64,000 nucleotides of DNA from Iphione sp. A-MEVVRFRX5 (taxonomy: Eukaryota): the NCBI GenBank assembly GCA_976226885.1, contig OZ320315.1:868001-932000 (forward strand). Reading direction: 5' to 3'. Shown piece by piece: positions 53,401 to 64,000 of this stretch (position 1 is its first letter; each line of letters starts with the position of its first letter). A program made the translations under genes and the position numbers. A model generated the notes under the pieces. The model was not told the DNA's origin and made no database searches. It saw only the letters and a list, made by a program, of their open reading frames with translations.

Positions 53401-56400
53401 TGGTTCTGACAGGTTCGAGATTGGTCACATCAAGAACGCTGGTGCTGCCGCCTGGGATGACGGCTGCGTGTGCAGCTACTCGAACCTGACGAGGGATGAG
53501 TTGGGAGAGGCTGATGGCGACTCCGTCTACTCGTATGTGTGTAACCTGTATGAAGAAGACGGAGAACAGACTATCTTTGAGAGTGAGTCAAATACTTCAC
53601 CATATTCTACATTTATGACTTCTAAGGTGTTTGGAGGTGAATAAGATGACAGTTTTACTCGTATGTGTGTAACTTGTATGAAGAAGATGGAGAACAGACT
53701 ATCTTTGAGAGTGAGTCAAATACTTCACCATATTCTACATTTATGACTTCTAAGGTGTTTGGAGGTGAATAAGATGACAGTTTTACTCGTATGTGTGTAA
53801 CTTGTATGAAGAAGATGGAGAACAGACTATCTTTGAGAGTGAGTCAAATACTTCACCATATTCTACATTTATGACTTCTAAGGTGTTTGGAGGTGAATAC
53901 GGTGACAGTTTTACTCGTATGTGTGTAACCTGTATGAAGGAGACGGAGAACAGACCATCTTTGAGAGTGAGTCAAATACTTCACCATATTCTACATTTAT
54001 GACTTCTAAGGTGTTTGGAGGTGAATACGGTGACAGTTTTACTCGTATGTGTGTAACCTGTATGAAGGAGACGGAGAACAGACAATCTTTGAGAGTGAGT
54101 CAAATACTTCACTATAGTCTACATTCATGACTCCTTAGATGTTTTGATGTGAAAATGTTACAGTTGTACTTGTACATGTGTAATCTGAAGAAGATGGAGA
54201 ACAGACTATCTTCGAGAGTGAGTCAAATACTTCACCATATTCTACATTTATGACTTCTAAGGTGTTTGGAGGTGAATACGGCGACAGTTTTACTCATATG
54301 TGTGTAACCTGTATGAAGGAGACGGAGAACAGACCATCTTTGAGAGTGAGTCAAATACTTCATGATAGTCTATATTCATGACTTCTAAGGTGTTTAGAGG
54401 TGAATAAGGCGACAGTTTTACTCATATGTGTGTAACCTGTATGAAGGAGACGGAGAACAGACAATCTTTGAGAGTGAGTCAAATACTTCATGATAGTCTA
54501 TATTCATGACTTCTTAGGTGTTTAGAGGTGAATAAGGTGACAGTTTTACTCATATGTGTGTAACCTGTATGAAGGAGACGGAGAACAGACAATCTTTGAG
54601 AGTGAGTCAAATACTTCATGATAGTCTATATTCATGACTTCTTAGGTGTTTGGAGGTGAATAAGGCAACAGTTTTACTCGTATGTGTGTAACCTGTATGA
54701 AGAAGACGGAGAACAGACAATCTTTGAGAGTGAGTCAAATACTTCACGATAGTCTATATCCATGACTTCTAAGGTGTTTGGGGGTGAATAAGGCGACAGT
54801 TTTACTTGTATGGGTGTAAACTGTATGAGGAGGGTGGGAAAAAGAGCATTGTTGAAAGTGAGTCAAATGCTTCTTACGTGTCTACTATTTCTAGGTAGTT
54901 TGAATGTTGGGTATGTATGTAGAGTTATATTACTCCTATATGCACTGAAAGGTTCACACCCATTCTAGAGGCAGCCGATCAAATGACTGCATTCATGCTG
55001 ATGCTAGATATCATTGTAATCATAATAGGACCAATCATGTGACATCATTACATGAGGTGACAGCTTTATTTAAAAACCAGTAGATTTCTCCCTGGAAACA
55101 AATTGTATTTTCTTCCAGCATTGCGGTCTTAGTCATAAGGTCATAATCACTGGACTGATAGGGATCACATCCTTTCATGTATAGCTGTTGGTACCTATCC
55201 TTTTATTTCATAAATATACCCTGCACAAAAAGGTTACTGTGTGAATAATGGACCCTTCGCCAGTGGTTGCAGTAATGGGTAGTGCCAATGTCATTTTAAC
55301 CAAATTGCGACATTGTCACAATTTTTAGTGATTTGATTCTATTCTCATTATGATGTCACACTTCGTAAAAATGATGTTGGTAGTACCCATTACTGCAACC
55401 ACTGGTGAAGGGCCCATAATGACACTAGTAGGATGAAAACCATGGTAATGGCAACTTTGCGTAATGTTACAGGGATTTAAACATATGCAGTGATGCATTC
55501 TCAGTGAAGCTACCTGTTATTGTGATGTTAATGTGTTCAGTGATACATAATGTCCTTGTGATATTAGCATGGTCAGTGGCATTCAATGTTATTGTGATAT
55601 AAACATGCTTGGTGATGTTTGAAGTGTTTGTGATGTTAACATTCTCAGCGATTGATGTTCTTGTAGTGCTACCATTCTCAGTGAAGTCACCTGTTATTGT
55701 GATGTTAATGTGCTCAGTGATCCTTATAATGTCTTTGTGATTTTAACATGGTCAGTGGCACTTGATGTTACCGTGATGCTAACATGCCTGCTGATGTTTG
55801 ATGTAGTGGAGGGATCAGCAGTAGAAGAACAAACCCATTACAGCACTTATGTTTACCGTTTTTGCAGACAATGTCTGAAAATACTGCAAGCTGATTGGTG
55901 TATTCTCTATTATGACTTCACAAATAGTAAAAAACAATCTGCTTGCTGTATTTCTCCCCTAGCTGAGCTGACTGAGATGCGCCCTCCTGGTCAGTGGAAG
56001 CAAATAGTGCTGCCTAATGGAGTCTTCGATGACCACACCTTCACTGTCCTGGACCTGACCGAGACCTACGCCCTCACCTACCGCTGTGGGGACTATGTGT
56101 TAATTTCACTGTTCTGCTTGCTGTATTTCTCCTCTAGCTGAGCTGCGTGAGATGCGTCCTCTTGGTCAGTGGAAGCAGATAGTGCTGCCTAGTGGAGTCT
56201 TCAATGACCACACCTTCACTGTCCTGGACCTGACCGAGACCTATGCCCTCACCTACTGCTGTGGGGACTATGTGTTAATTTCACTGTTCTGCTTGCTGTA
56301 TTTCTCCTCTAGCTGAGCTGCGTGAGATGCGTCCTCCTGGTCAGTGGAAGCAGATAGTGCTGCCTAGTGGAGTCTTCGATGACCACACCTTCACCGTCCT

Positions 56401-56956
56401 GGACCTGACCGAGACCTACGCCCTCACCTACCGCTGTGGGGACTATGTGTTCGAGGACTCCTACACCATCCAGGTGAGACTGCCACCTGGTGCTGTCTGT
56501 ACAAACTACAGTCAACATTGCCCAAACGAGTACTAATGAATCTTTTATTTGTTCCTGTTAACTCTCCTATATTTTTCAAGCATCATCTGCCTCTGGCATG
56601 TTAACCCAAAAGCAACAATATCACATAACATTATTCGACTACATACCTGCAAACTGTGTTACACATCTTTGTCTCATGATACACTACGTACTGACACCTT
56701 GTGAAAAGTAAACACCAGTCCAGAGAACCAGTTCAGGTATCTTAGAAGGAATATAGAGTTAAATAATATTAGAATCAGATCCATGAATGTAAGAATGAGT
56801 TGCTGTCTTTCCCTACAGTTTCTGTCCCGCAAGCCTACTCTGGATGAGAGCACCATCACCAAGCTCAAGGCCAGGGTCACTGAACTGAAGCTCAACCCAG
56901 AGAATGCGGAGTATGTGCAGGTTAACCACAACTCCACCTGTGTCTACGACCAGTAG
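50487..56956 (+). CDS. Secreted lipocalin, apolipoprotein D-like, 195 aa
   Basis: Exons 50487-50510, 53080-53174, 53413-53582, 56313-56473 and 56819-56956 (588 nt, phase-consistent). Signal peptide MKSLLALLALALVAYA; SCR1 FEGRWFE; SCR2-like VLDLTETYALTYRC; SCR3 FLSRKPTL; AATAAA at 57023. Confidence 0.88.
50937..52002. mobile_element. 1066-bp non-autonomous piggyBac-like element in lipocalin intron 1
   Basis: TTAA|CCCTTTAACGACC ... GGTCATTAAAGGG|TTAA (12/13 TIR match; TTAA at 50933-50936 and 52003-52006). AT-rich interior with no ORF. Confidence 0.8.
52600..53040. repeat. ~149-bp tandem repeat x3
   Basis: TAAG(G/A)G(T/C)C(C/T)GTCTACATTATA at ~52717, 52866 and 53015. Confidence 0.85.
53525..54890. 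repeat. 128-bp tandem repeat x11 containing the end and GTGAGT donor of lipocalin exon 3
   Basis: GTGAGT at 53583, 53711, 53839, 53967, 54095, 54218, 54346, 54474, 54602, 54730 and 54858. Confidence 0.92.
55250..55415. mobile_element. 166-bp MITE with 48-bp TIRs, AT TSD and GG..CC termini (ISL2EU-like)
   Basis: Left TIR GGACCCTTCGCCAGTGGTTGCAGTAATGGGTAGTGCCAATGTCATTTT versus right reverse complement GGGCCCTTCACCAGTGGTTGCAGTAATGGGTACTACCAACATCATTTT (42/48). AT at 55248-55249 and 55416-55417. Confidence 0.85.
55935..56450 (+). repeat. 175-bp triplication of the lipocalin exon 4 acceptor and the first ~138 nt of the exon
   Basis: AG|CTGAGCTG with exon starts at 55963, 56138 and 56313; only the third copy continues to the donor at 56474. 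Confidence 0.9.
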
Positions 56957-57021
56957 CCTTCTACCCGCATACATCATATGACATCATCAAGCAAACATCT
57001 ATTTTATATCTCTTCATATCA

Positions 57022-57028
57022 TAATAAA
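57022..57028 (+). other. Polyadenylation signal of the lipocalin gene
   Basis: AATAAA ~67 nt after the stop codon. Confidence 0.5.
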
Positions 57029-57529
57029 GTACCACATAAAACCAAGCTACGTAGAGGACAAGACAGGCTTATTACACATTAAAGAATGTGAAGCTTGGCA
57101 CAACTTCCTCTCATCGTTCTTCAATAAAGACATATATTTCATACCTATTGGACTTTTTTTTCTTAATGTGTGAAAATTATGTTTACAATTTTTTCTTTGA
57201 CCTTGCAATAGGCTTTGAAAATAATTTTAAAAGGAATGAATCAGGAGACACGCATTTTGCCTGATAGAAAAACTAACGAAATGTATCAGATAAAGATGCT
57301 AACCTTCAGATGCCACCTGAAGCTGAAATATGTTAATGAATTAGAATGTTTCAGTCCACAGAAGACTCTTTTCTATAGAAGACTGTGATGTGTGCATGGT
57401 GTAAGGAGTGAGTTTGGGTTTTTATAATTATGTAATGTCTGAAACAAATATCAACTAAGCCCTTCTGGAAGAAAAATTTAATGTCAGTATTATAATTGTT
57501 TATTCTGTGCCCCCCCAAATGCCAGCCAC

Positions 57530-57990
57530 ACAGACCCACCGATACATTGAGTACAGTCCTTAGTTTAAATACTGACAGTCTAACATGGCTACCTCGGCCA
57601 GTCACTGTAAACCTCACACACACCGATACATCCAGCAGCGTCATTACTTTGAATACTGACAGTCTAACATGTCTACCTCGGCCAGTCACTGTAAACCTCA
57701 CACACACCGATACATCCAGCAGCGTCATTACTTTAAATACTGACAGTCTAACATGGCTACCTCGGCCAGTCACTGTAAACCTCACACACACCGATACATC
57801 CAGCAGCGTCATTACTTTGAATACTGACAGTCTAACATGTCTACCTGGGCCACTCACTGTAAACCTCACACACACCGATACATCCAGCAGCGTCATTACT
57901 TTGAATACTGACAGTCTAACATGTCTACCTGGGCCACTCACTGTAAACCTTACATGCACCAATACATTGAGTGGTGCAAACCTCAAACTC
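57530..57990. repeat. 96-bp tandem repeat x~4.5
   Basis: 32-aa periodic spurious ORFs on both strands. Confidence 0.88.
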
Positions 57991-58334
57991 ACTGATACAT
58001 CGGGCATAGTCCTTAGTTGGAATACTCAGTTGATACGAGGGGGGAGGGGGACACATCTGGGGTTTAGGTACTACCATGTACAGATTTGAAAGAGATGATA
58101 TCGGACTACAGCAGGAAGCTTGGTGAGTGGATTGAAACCAGGGCCCCCCCCCACACCCCACTTTGTTTAAGAGACTTGACGTGTGTGTGTGCGTGCGTGT
58201 GTGTGTGTGTGTGTGTGTGGAGGCGGGTGGGTAGACTTCCTAATCCCCTAACCCACTTGTACCCAATATGGTGGTTTCTTTGTAGGGTCCACTTTACTAG
58301 TTTTACTGGAAACTATGCACGGTGGGTCTACATC

Positions 58335-58610
58335 GCTGGGGATTACACCGTCCTGTCAGACTTAGCCGTTCATCCCTCGCTAAACAGCCGTTTCTAGTAC
58401 TGGAGAACCGGCCTTAAATTGTCATAATTTATCGTTTCTCTAGCCGGTAAACAGCCCTTTACTACCCCTGATTTGTTATATACATGGGTGGGGATTAGAC
58501 CGTCCTGGGACACTTAGCCATTCATTCCTCGCTAAACGGCCATTTCTAGTGCAGGAGAACTGGCCATGAATTGTCATAATTTATCGTTTCTCTAGCTGGT
58601 AAACAGCCCA
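58335..58610. repeat. ~150-bp direct duplication x2
   Basis: GGGATTA.ACCGTCCTG ... AATTGTCATAATTTATCGTTTCTCTAGC.GGTAAACAGCCC occurs twice. Confidence 0.75.
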
Positions 58611-58884
58611 TAGCTGGAGGGGCTTTTCCCGCCTGCTGCAGTGAGGGCGAGGGGCTCAGGCGGTGACCATAGGGGTCAGTGTCGGGGAGAGTAGTCTGTG
58701 GCCTCTCAGGACAGAGAGGAATCCTCGTCATGGCAGCATCTAAATGACATTAATTTATTATTTGATACTAATGTCTGTGTTGACTTCGGGAGATCGTAGG
58801 TTGTTATAGGAACCGGCTGAGGAGTACATAGTACAGGCTGAGGCCCCGGGGCTGTGAAGGGACAGAGCAGCGCCACCTAGCGCC

Positions 58885-58972
58885 ATGCTGGGCGCCGCCG
58901 GCCATGGTGGCTGCAGCTCCTGGCAGGGCGCCAGCTGGGTCCTACTGGTCGTGATGGCAGTATTACTTCAGG
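58885..58972 (+). CDS. Possible first coding exon (signal-peptide-like) of an unidentified gene
   Basis: GCCATG in a CpG-rich patch; encodes MLGAAGHGGCSSWQGASWVLLVVMAVLLQ followed by a phase-1 strong donor CAGG|GTAAGT. No downstream exon was confidently identified. Confidence 0.4.
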
Positions 58973-59242
58973 GTAAGTTCATCTCTCTCCTCCTCTCTCC
59001 TCTCATTCTCCTGCTCCTCTTTCTTTCTCCTGCTCCTCTCTCCCCTGCTCCTCCTCCCTCCCCTTCCGCCTCCCCCCCACTTCCTCCTCCTCCTTGCCCT
59101 CCTCCTCTACCTCTCCTCTTCCCTCTTCTCATCATTTCCTTCCCACCCCTCCTCCCACTTCCTCCACCTCCTCCTTCTCTCCTTCTCTCTTCTTTCTGTC
59201 TCCACCTCCTCCGCACTCCCCTGCCTTCTCCCTCCCCTGCCT

Positions 59243-59429
59243 NNNNNNNNNNNNNNNNNNNNNNNNNNNNNNNNNNNNNNNNNNNNNNNNNNNNNNNNNN
59301 NNNNNNNNNNNNNNNNNNNNNNNNNNNNNNNNNNNNNNNNNNNNNNNNNNNNNNNNNNNNNNNNNNNNNNNNNNNNNNNNNNNNNNNNNNNNNNNNNNNN
59401 NNNNNNNNNNNNNNNNNNNNNNNNNNNNN
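59243..59429. other. Assembly gap (N run) inside a pyrimidine-rich low-complexity tract
   Basis: Run of N. Confidence 0.99.
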
Positions 59430-59519
59430 TTCACCCCTGCTCTCCCTTCCTCCACCTCGTCCTTCTCCTCCCCTTCTCTGTTCCTTCTTTCCCCTCCTAT
59501 CTTTTCCTCTACTTCACAA

Positions 59520-60330
59520 TAAGCCATGTGGTACATGTCATAAGCCTTTCAGTACAAGCCATGAAATACAAGTAATAAACCCTATGGTACAAGCCATGTG
59601 GTATAAGTAATATGCCCTGTGGTGTAAGCCATGTCATACAAGTAATAATCCATGTGGTACACGTAATAAACCCTGTGGTACAAGCCATGTGGTACATGTA
59701 ATAAGCCATGTGGTACAAGCCATGTGGTACAAGCCATGTGGTACAAGTAATAATCCATGTAATATAAGCCATGTGGTATATGTAATAAACCCTGTGGTAC
59801 AAGCCATGTGGTACAAGTAATACACCCTGTGGTACAAGCTATGTGGTACAAATAATCAACTCTGTGGTACAAGCCATGTGGTACAAGTAATAAACCCTGT
59901 GGTATAAGCCATGAGGTACAAGTAATAAACCCTGTGGTACAAGCCATGTGGTACATGTAATAAGCCATGTGGTACAAGCCATGTGGTACAAGTAATAATC
60001 CATGTAATATATGCCATGTGGTATATGTAATAAACCCTATGGTACAAGCCATGTGGTACAAGTAATAAACCCTATGGTAAAAGCCATGTGGTACAAGTAA
60101 TATGCCCTGTGGTACAAGCTATGTGGTACAAGTAATCAACTCTGTGGTACAAGTCATGTGGTGCATGTAATAAGCCATGTGGTACAAACTGTGTGTCACA
60201 TGTAATAAGCCACATGGTACAAACCATGTGATACATGTAACAAGCTGTATAGTACATGTTCCAAGCCATGTGGTATGAGCCATGTGGTACATGTAATAAG
60301 GCATGTGGTACAAACTGTGTGGTACACTCT
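59520..60330. repeat. Complex short-unit satellite (AAGCCATGTGGTAC / TAATAAACCCTGTGGTAC)
   Basis: Interleaved 14-22-bp units. Confidence 0.9.
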
Positions 60331-60830
60331 CCCCGTCTCTTCCTCCCCCTCCTCGTCCCCTTCCTCCTCCTGCTCCTCCTCCACCCCCCCCCGCCTGTCA
60401 GTAACTAGGCATGTCCAGAACAGCAGCAGCAGTGTGTCAGCATTGACTTACAGACTTGGTGTCTGTCTATTGCCTGTCCATAATGAGAGATGTTCTGATC
60501 AGACGGGGAGAGAGAGGCAGAAAGAGGGAGGGAGAAAGAGAGGGAGAGACAGAGCAAAAAGAATGAAGACACTCACTCACTAACTCACACACACACAACC
60601 CATGATAGAGGCTAGCCTCAACCCAGCCCTCACTGAGCAAGTAATACACTCACACGCACTAGCACACATACACACACAGCCCATGATAGAGGCTAGCCTC
60701 GCCCGTAATACATGTACTATGATGGCCCAGATCTGACGGTGGTGCCACCGAGTGGGGCTGCCAAGGACCACTTTTAGTCATATGATTGGAGAGTGGTTAG
60801 GGCCATACTTGGTGCACTCTACGAATGTTT

Positions 60831-60861
<31 letters not shown>

Positions 60862-62714
60862 ACAGATTATTCCAGACAGCATAATTATTACACCCTTGGT
60901 CATGAGCTAGACTGATAACGCTGAGGTACATGTACATGTAGTACTATAGACCTGCAGATACACGGACACACAGAACTCACACATTCGTACACATGGTTAC
61001 TTACATCCTTACAAACAGACCTACATGCAAACAGACACACAGGCATACAGATACATCCACTCACACATACCTGCACATGCACAGATTCACATACACACAG
61101 ACCCAAAGATACATCCACTCACACATACATACACATTCACACACTAACACACAGACAGACCCACAGATATAACCACCCAAATATACCCACACATTCACAC
61201 ATAGACAGACCCACAGATACATCCACTTGCACATTCACACACAAACAGACCCACAGATATGTCCACTCACACATGAATACACATACACAGACTCACACAG
61301 ATACTGCTATATGTTGTATTGGGTCTCACCACCAATCTGCAAGCAGTTAATTCACAATGATGCTCACAGATTTCTCCCTGTGTATAGACTACATTTCTCC
61401 TCTTATGTAATATGTTCTCTTTCTCCCACTGTAAACTTCCCTTTTCTTCCATTTTCTCACATGTAAATGTTCTCGCAATAGATAAGAGTGGCCTGCCCCC
61501 CCTTGTAAGTCCCGTCTGTTATCTAAAGACCTGTGACTGCGCTCTACGCCCTGGTTCCATCAGTTGTCTGGTTGTGATAGAGCCCTTACAAAGCTGCGTC
61601 TCGACGTCATGTAACTAACATGATAAGCTCTGGGGAAGGCAGGATGAACTGCAGACAAGGCCTACCCCCCTTGAATCAAACCCCCTCCCCCCTCCTCCTC
61701 TGTACTATAAGAGCAGCTGCTATAGGTCGCTTAGCGGACACAGGGACTCCTAAAGGTGGCCGCCAGGGGGAGCCCATTTCAATAACGTTCACATTACATG
61801 AGATCCCGCGAGAAGTACAGGGGTAGGTGGTGGGACATTACTATCATTACCAGGGCTAATTAGCGGAGGGAGGCAAAGGTGTAACTGGTGCCGTTCCCGC
61901 CAGGTGGCACTGAGGGACATCTAACCGCCGCTCATATAGCTTCATACACAGGTGCTTGTAGATGGCTGCCAAGATTCATTCAGTTAGACTTCATCAATGT
62001 GAGCAAGTGTATGAGTTTTTACCGAAGTCACACACACTCAGACACACAGTCTCAGACACAGTCCTGCAACATGTCAATCAAACACACACACACATGCACA
62101 CACAGCCCTGTAAACACAAGTACCCACACACACTTACACACAGTCACATACACAGCCCTACAATATGTCAATCAAACACACTCGCACATGCACACACGCA
62201 CACACATGCACAAACACAGTCCATCACACACTTTACCAAAGACACACACACTGTCACACACACACCGCTCATGGTGGCAGTAATGGAATTGGCGTTGTTG
62301 GTATGGGATGATAGTACATAACCAAAGTGGGCTGAGCGATAATGGGTGCTCCCTAGGTGGAGTTGGGGGCATTAACTGTGTGAACTGGTACCCCATCCCA
62401 TATCTGCCTGTGACCCGTCGCCATGTTGGATGCCGGCCATGTTAACGCCATGCTGTCGTTATTAGAGATGACCTGGCTGTTGGGAGAGGAAGAGCCACCC
62501 CCCCCCCCGCCGACAGGGAATAATGCTGGTGCATCATGTTTATACACGAACACTTTATTTCACGGTATTACATGTGTCTGCTCTATGAGCATTGCACTCG
62601 TGCAACGACAGTTTCTCAAAGTCCATGATGGGAGTTTATTATTCCCGTGACAAAGTACCTGCCAGGGGTCAAAAGGTCAAGAATATGCACATCCTATCTA
62701 AAGATAATGAGGAA

Positions 62715-62719
62715 GGGAG

Positions 62720-62754
<35 letters not shown>

Positions 62755-63650
62755 CAGGGAGGGAGGGAGGGAGGGAGGGAAGGAGGGAGCAAGGAGAGAG
62801 GGGAAAAGGGATGAAGGGAGCAAGGGAAAGAGGGAGAGAGGGAAGAAGGCAGGAAGAAAGGAAGGAAGGAAGGAAGGAAGGAAGAGGGAGAGAAAGTGAG
62901 GGAAGTGGGGAAGAGAGGAAGGGAGGAGGGAAGGAGGGAGTGAGAGTCATAGAGGCAAGGGTTGAATGAGTAAGGAAGGGAGGAAAGGAAAGAGAGCGAG
63001 GTGGAGAGAGAGGGAGTGACTGAGGCAGAGGTAGAAAGAAAGTGAGGAAGAAAGGCAAACAGAGAGAGAGAAAGGGATAGCGGGAGGAAGTGTATAAGAG
63101 AGAGAAAGGGATGGAAGGAGGGAGGGAAGGAAAGAGAGAGAGAAATGGATGGAGGGTAGAAGAGGAGAGAGAGAATGATAGAGATAGGGATAGAAAGAGA
63201 GCAGGAATAGAAGGAGCGCCAGAGCAGGAGATAGAGAGATAGATGGGGGAAGGAGGGAGGGAGGGGTAGAAGATGGGAGAGAGAGAAAGAGAGAGAAATG
63301 AGAGAGAGGGACAGCAGGAGAGTCAGAGGGAGCTGGAGAGAGGAACAGGTGGGTTTTGGAGAGATACTGAAGGAGGGCAGGCCTAGAGATGAGGAAGGCG
63401 AGGGCAATGGGGGAGTGTGGGCTTGGGAACAGGGAGGGGCAGCACAAGGCAAGGGGTAGGGCAGGTGTGGGGATGTGTGGGGGTGGGGGGTGGGAGAAGG
63501 CAACGGGGAGGAGGAGGATGGGAAAAGGCAAGGGGAAAATGAGCTTTAGGATGGAGAGGGCTGGGAGGCGGCAAGGGGGAGGGGGGAGTGGGGATGGGGC
63601 AGGACAGAAGAAGGCAAGAGGGAGGGTGGGCTTGGGGATTGGGATTGGCG
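62715..63650. repeat. Purine-rich low-complexity/microsatellite tract (similar tracts at 47720-47960 and 49640-50260)
   Basis: (GA)n, (GGAA)n and (GGGA)n composition. Confidence 0.85.
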
Positions 63651-63659
63651 CTTGATAAA

Positions 63660-63900
63660 TTTGGAGTAACTCTTGGTAGAGTTCCTGATATAGAACCTGT
63701 AATTCGGGGTATACTTTGAGTGACTCTTGATAGAGTTTGAATAACTCTCGGTACAGTTTCTGATATAGACTCTGTAATTCGGGGTATAATATGAGTGACT
63801 CTTGATAGAGTTTGAATGACTCGATAGAGTTCCTGATATAGACTCTGTAACCCGGGATATAATATGAGTGACTTTTGAGAGAGTTTGAGTAATTCTTAGT
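63660..63900. repeat. ~75-bp tandem repeat x3
   Basis: GAGTGACTCTTGATAGAGTTTGAAT..CTC..TAGAGTTCCTGATATAGACTCTGTAA recurs. Confidence 0.75.
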
Positions 63901-64000
63901 GGGGCCTTATTTCAATGGACTCTTATTACTCTTCTTTCAAACATCACATGGTATCAAACTCTCCTTGTTCGATTTGCAGCTGTTAGTTATATTTTGTTCA

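Noticed and set aside
53533-53538. GTATGT as the lipocalin exon 3 donor
   Set aside because: It gives phase 2, incompatible with exon 4; the GTGAGT at 53583 gives a continuous, lipocalin-like frame.
58885-59610. 241-aa ORF and neighbouring ORFs across the gap
   Set aside because: Beyond 58972 they are low-complexity pyrimidine tract and N-run translations.
59509-60384. Multiple Cys/His/Tyr-rich ORFs
   Set aside because: Satellite translations.
62592-63655. Long S/L/P/F-rich or E/G/R-rich ORFs
   Set aside because: Purine/pyrimidine low-complexity tracts lacking stops by composition.
1-64000. CRISPR arrays, rRNA genes, prokaryotic operons
   Set aside because: All arrays have repeated rather than unique spacers, and the window has spliceosomal gene structure throughout.

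Overview
Eukaryotic (invertebrate metazoan-like) genomic DNA with spliceosomal introns packed with tandem repeats; there are no prokaryotic features or CRISPR arrays. All gene models were built by hand from GT-AG junctions and phase continuity. Genes: (1) ANKAR (ankyrin + armadillo repeat protein) on the minus strand, with 11 coding exons from 26409 to 510, running off the left edge. (2) An intact convergent two-gene ISL2EU-type (PIF/Harbinger-related) module directly upstream of and head-to-head with ANKAR: a 474-aa THAP-HTH-DDE transposase (+, 31579-34031) and a 434-aa SWIM + YqaJ/PD-(D/E)XK nuclease (-, 37837-34403). (3) A 195-aa secreted ApoD-like lipocalin (+, 50487-56956). (4) A possible signal-peptide first exon at 58885. 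Mobile elements: a ~432-bp TRIM with identical LTRs that each carry a tRNA-like Pol III promoter, plus PBS, PPT and TSD (48717-49148; the top finding); two AT-TSD, GG..CC non-autonomous elements (40196-41845, which holds an array of ~27 palindromes, and 55250-55415); a TTAA piggyBac-like element; and a CAG..CTG MITE with a 5-bp TSD. Many intronic tandem arrays are amplified exon-intron junctions, producing up to 13 stacked copies of a splice site.
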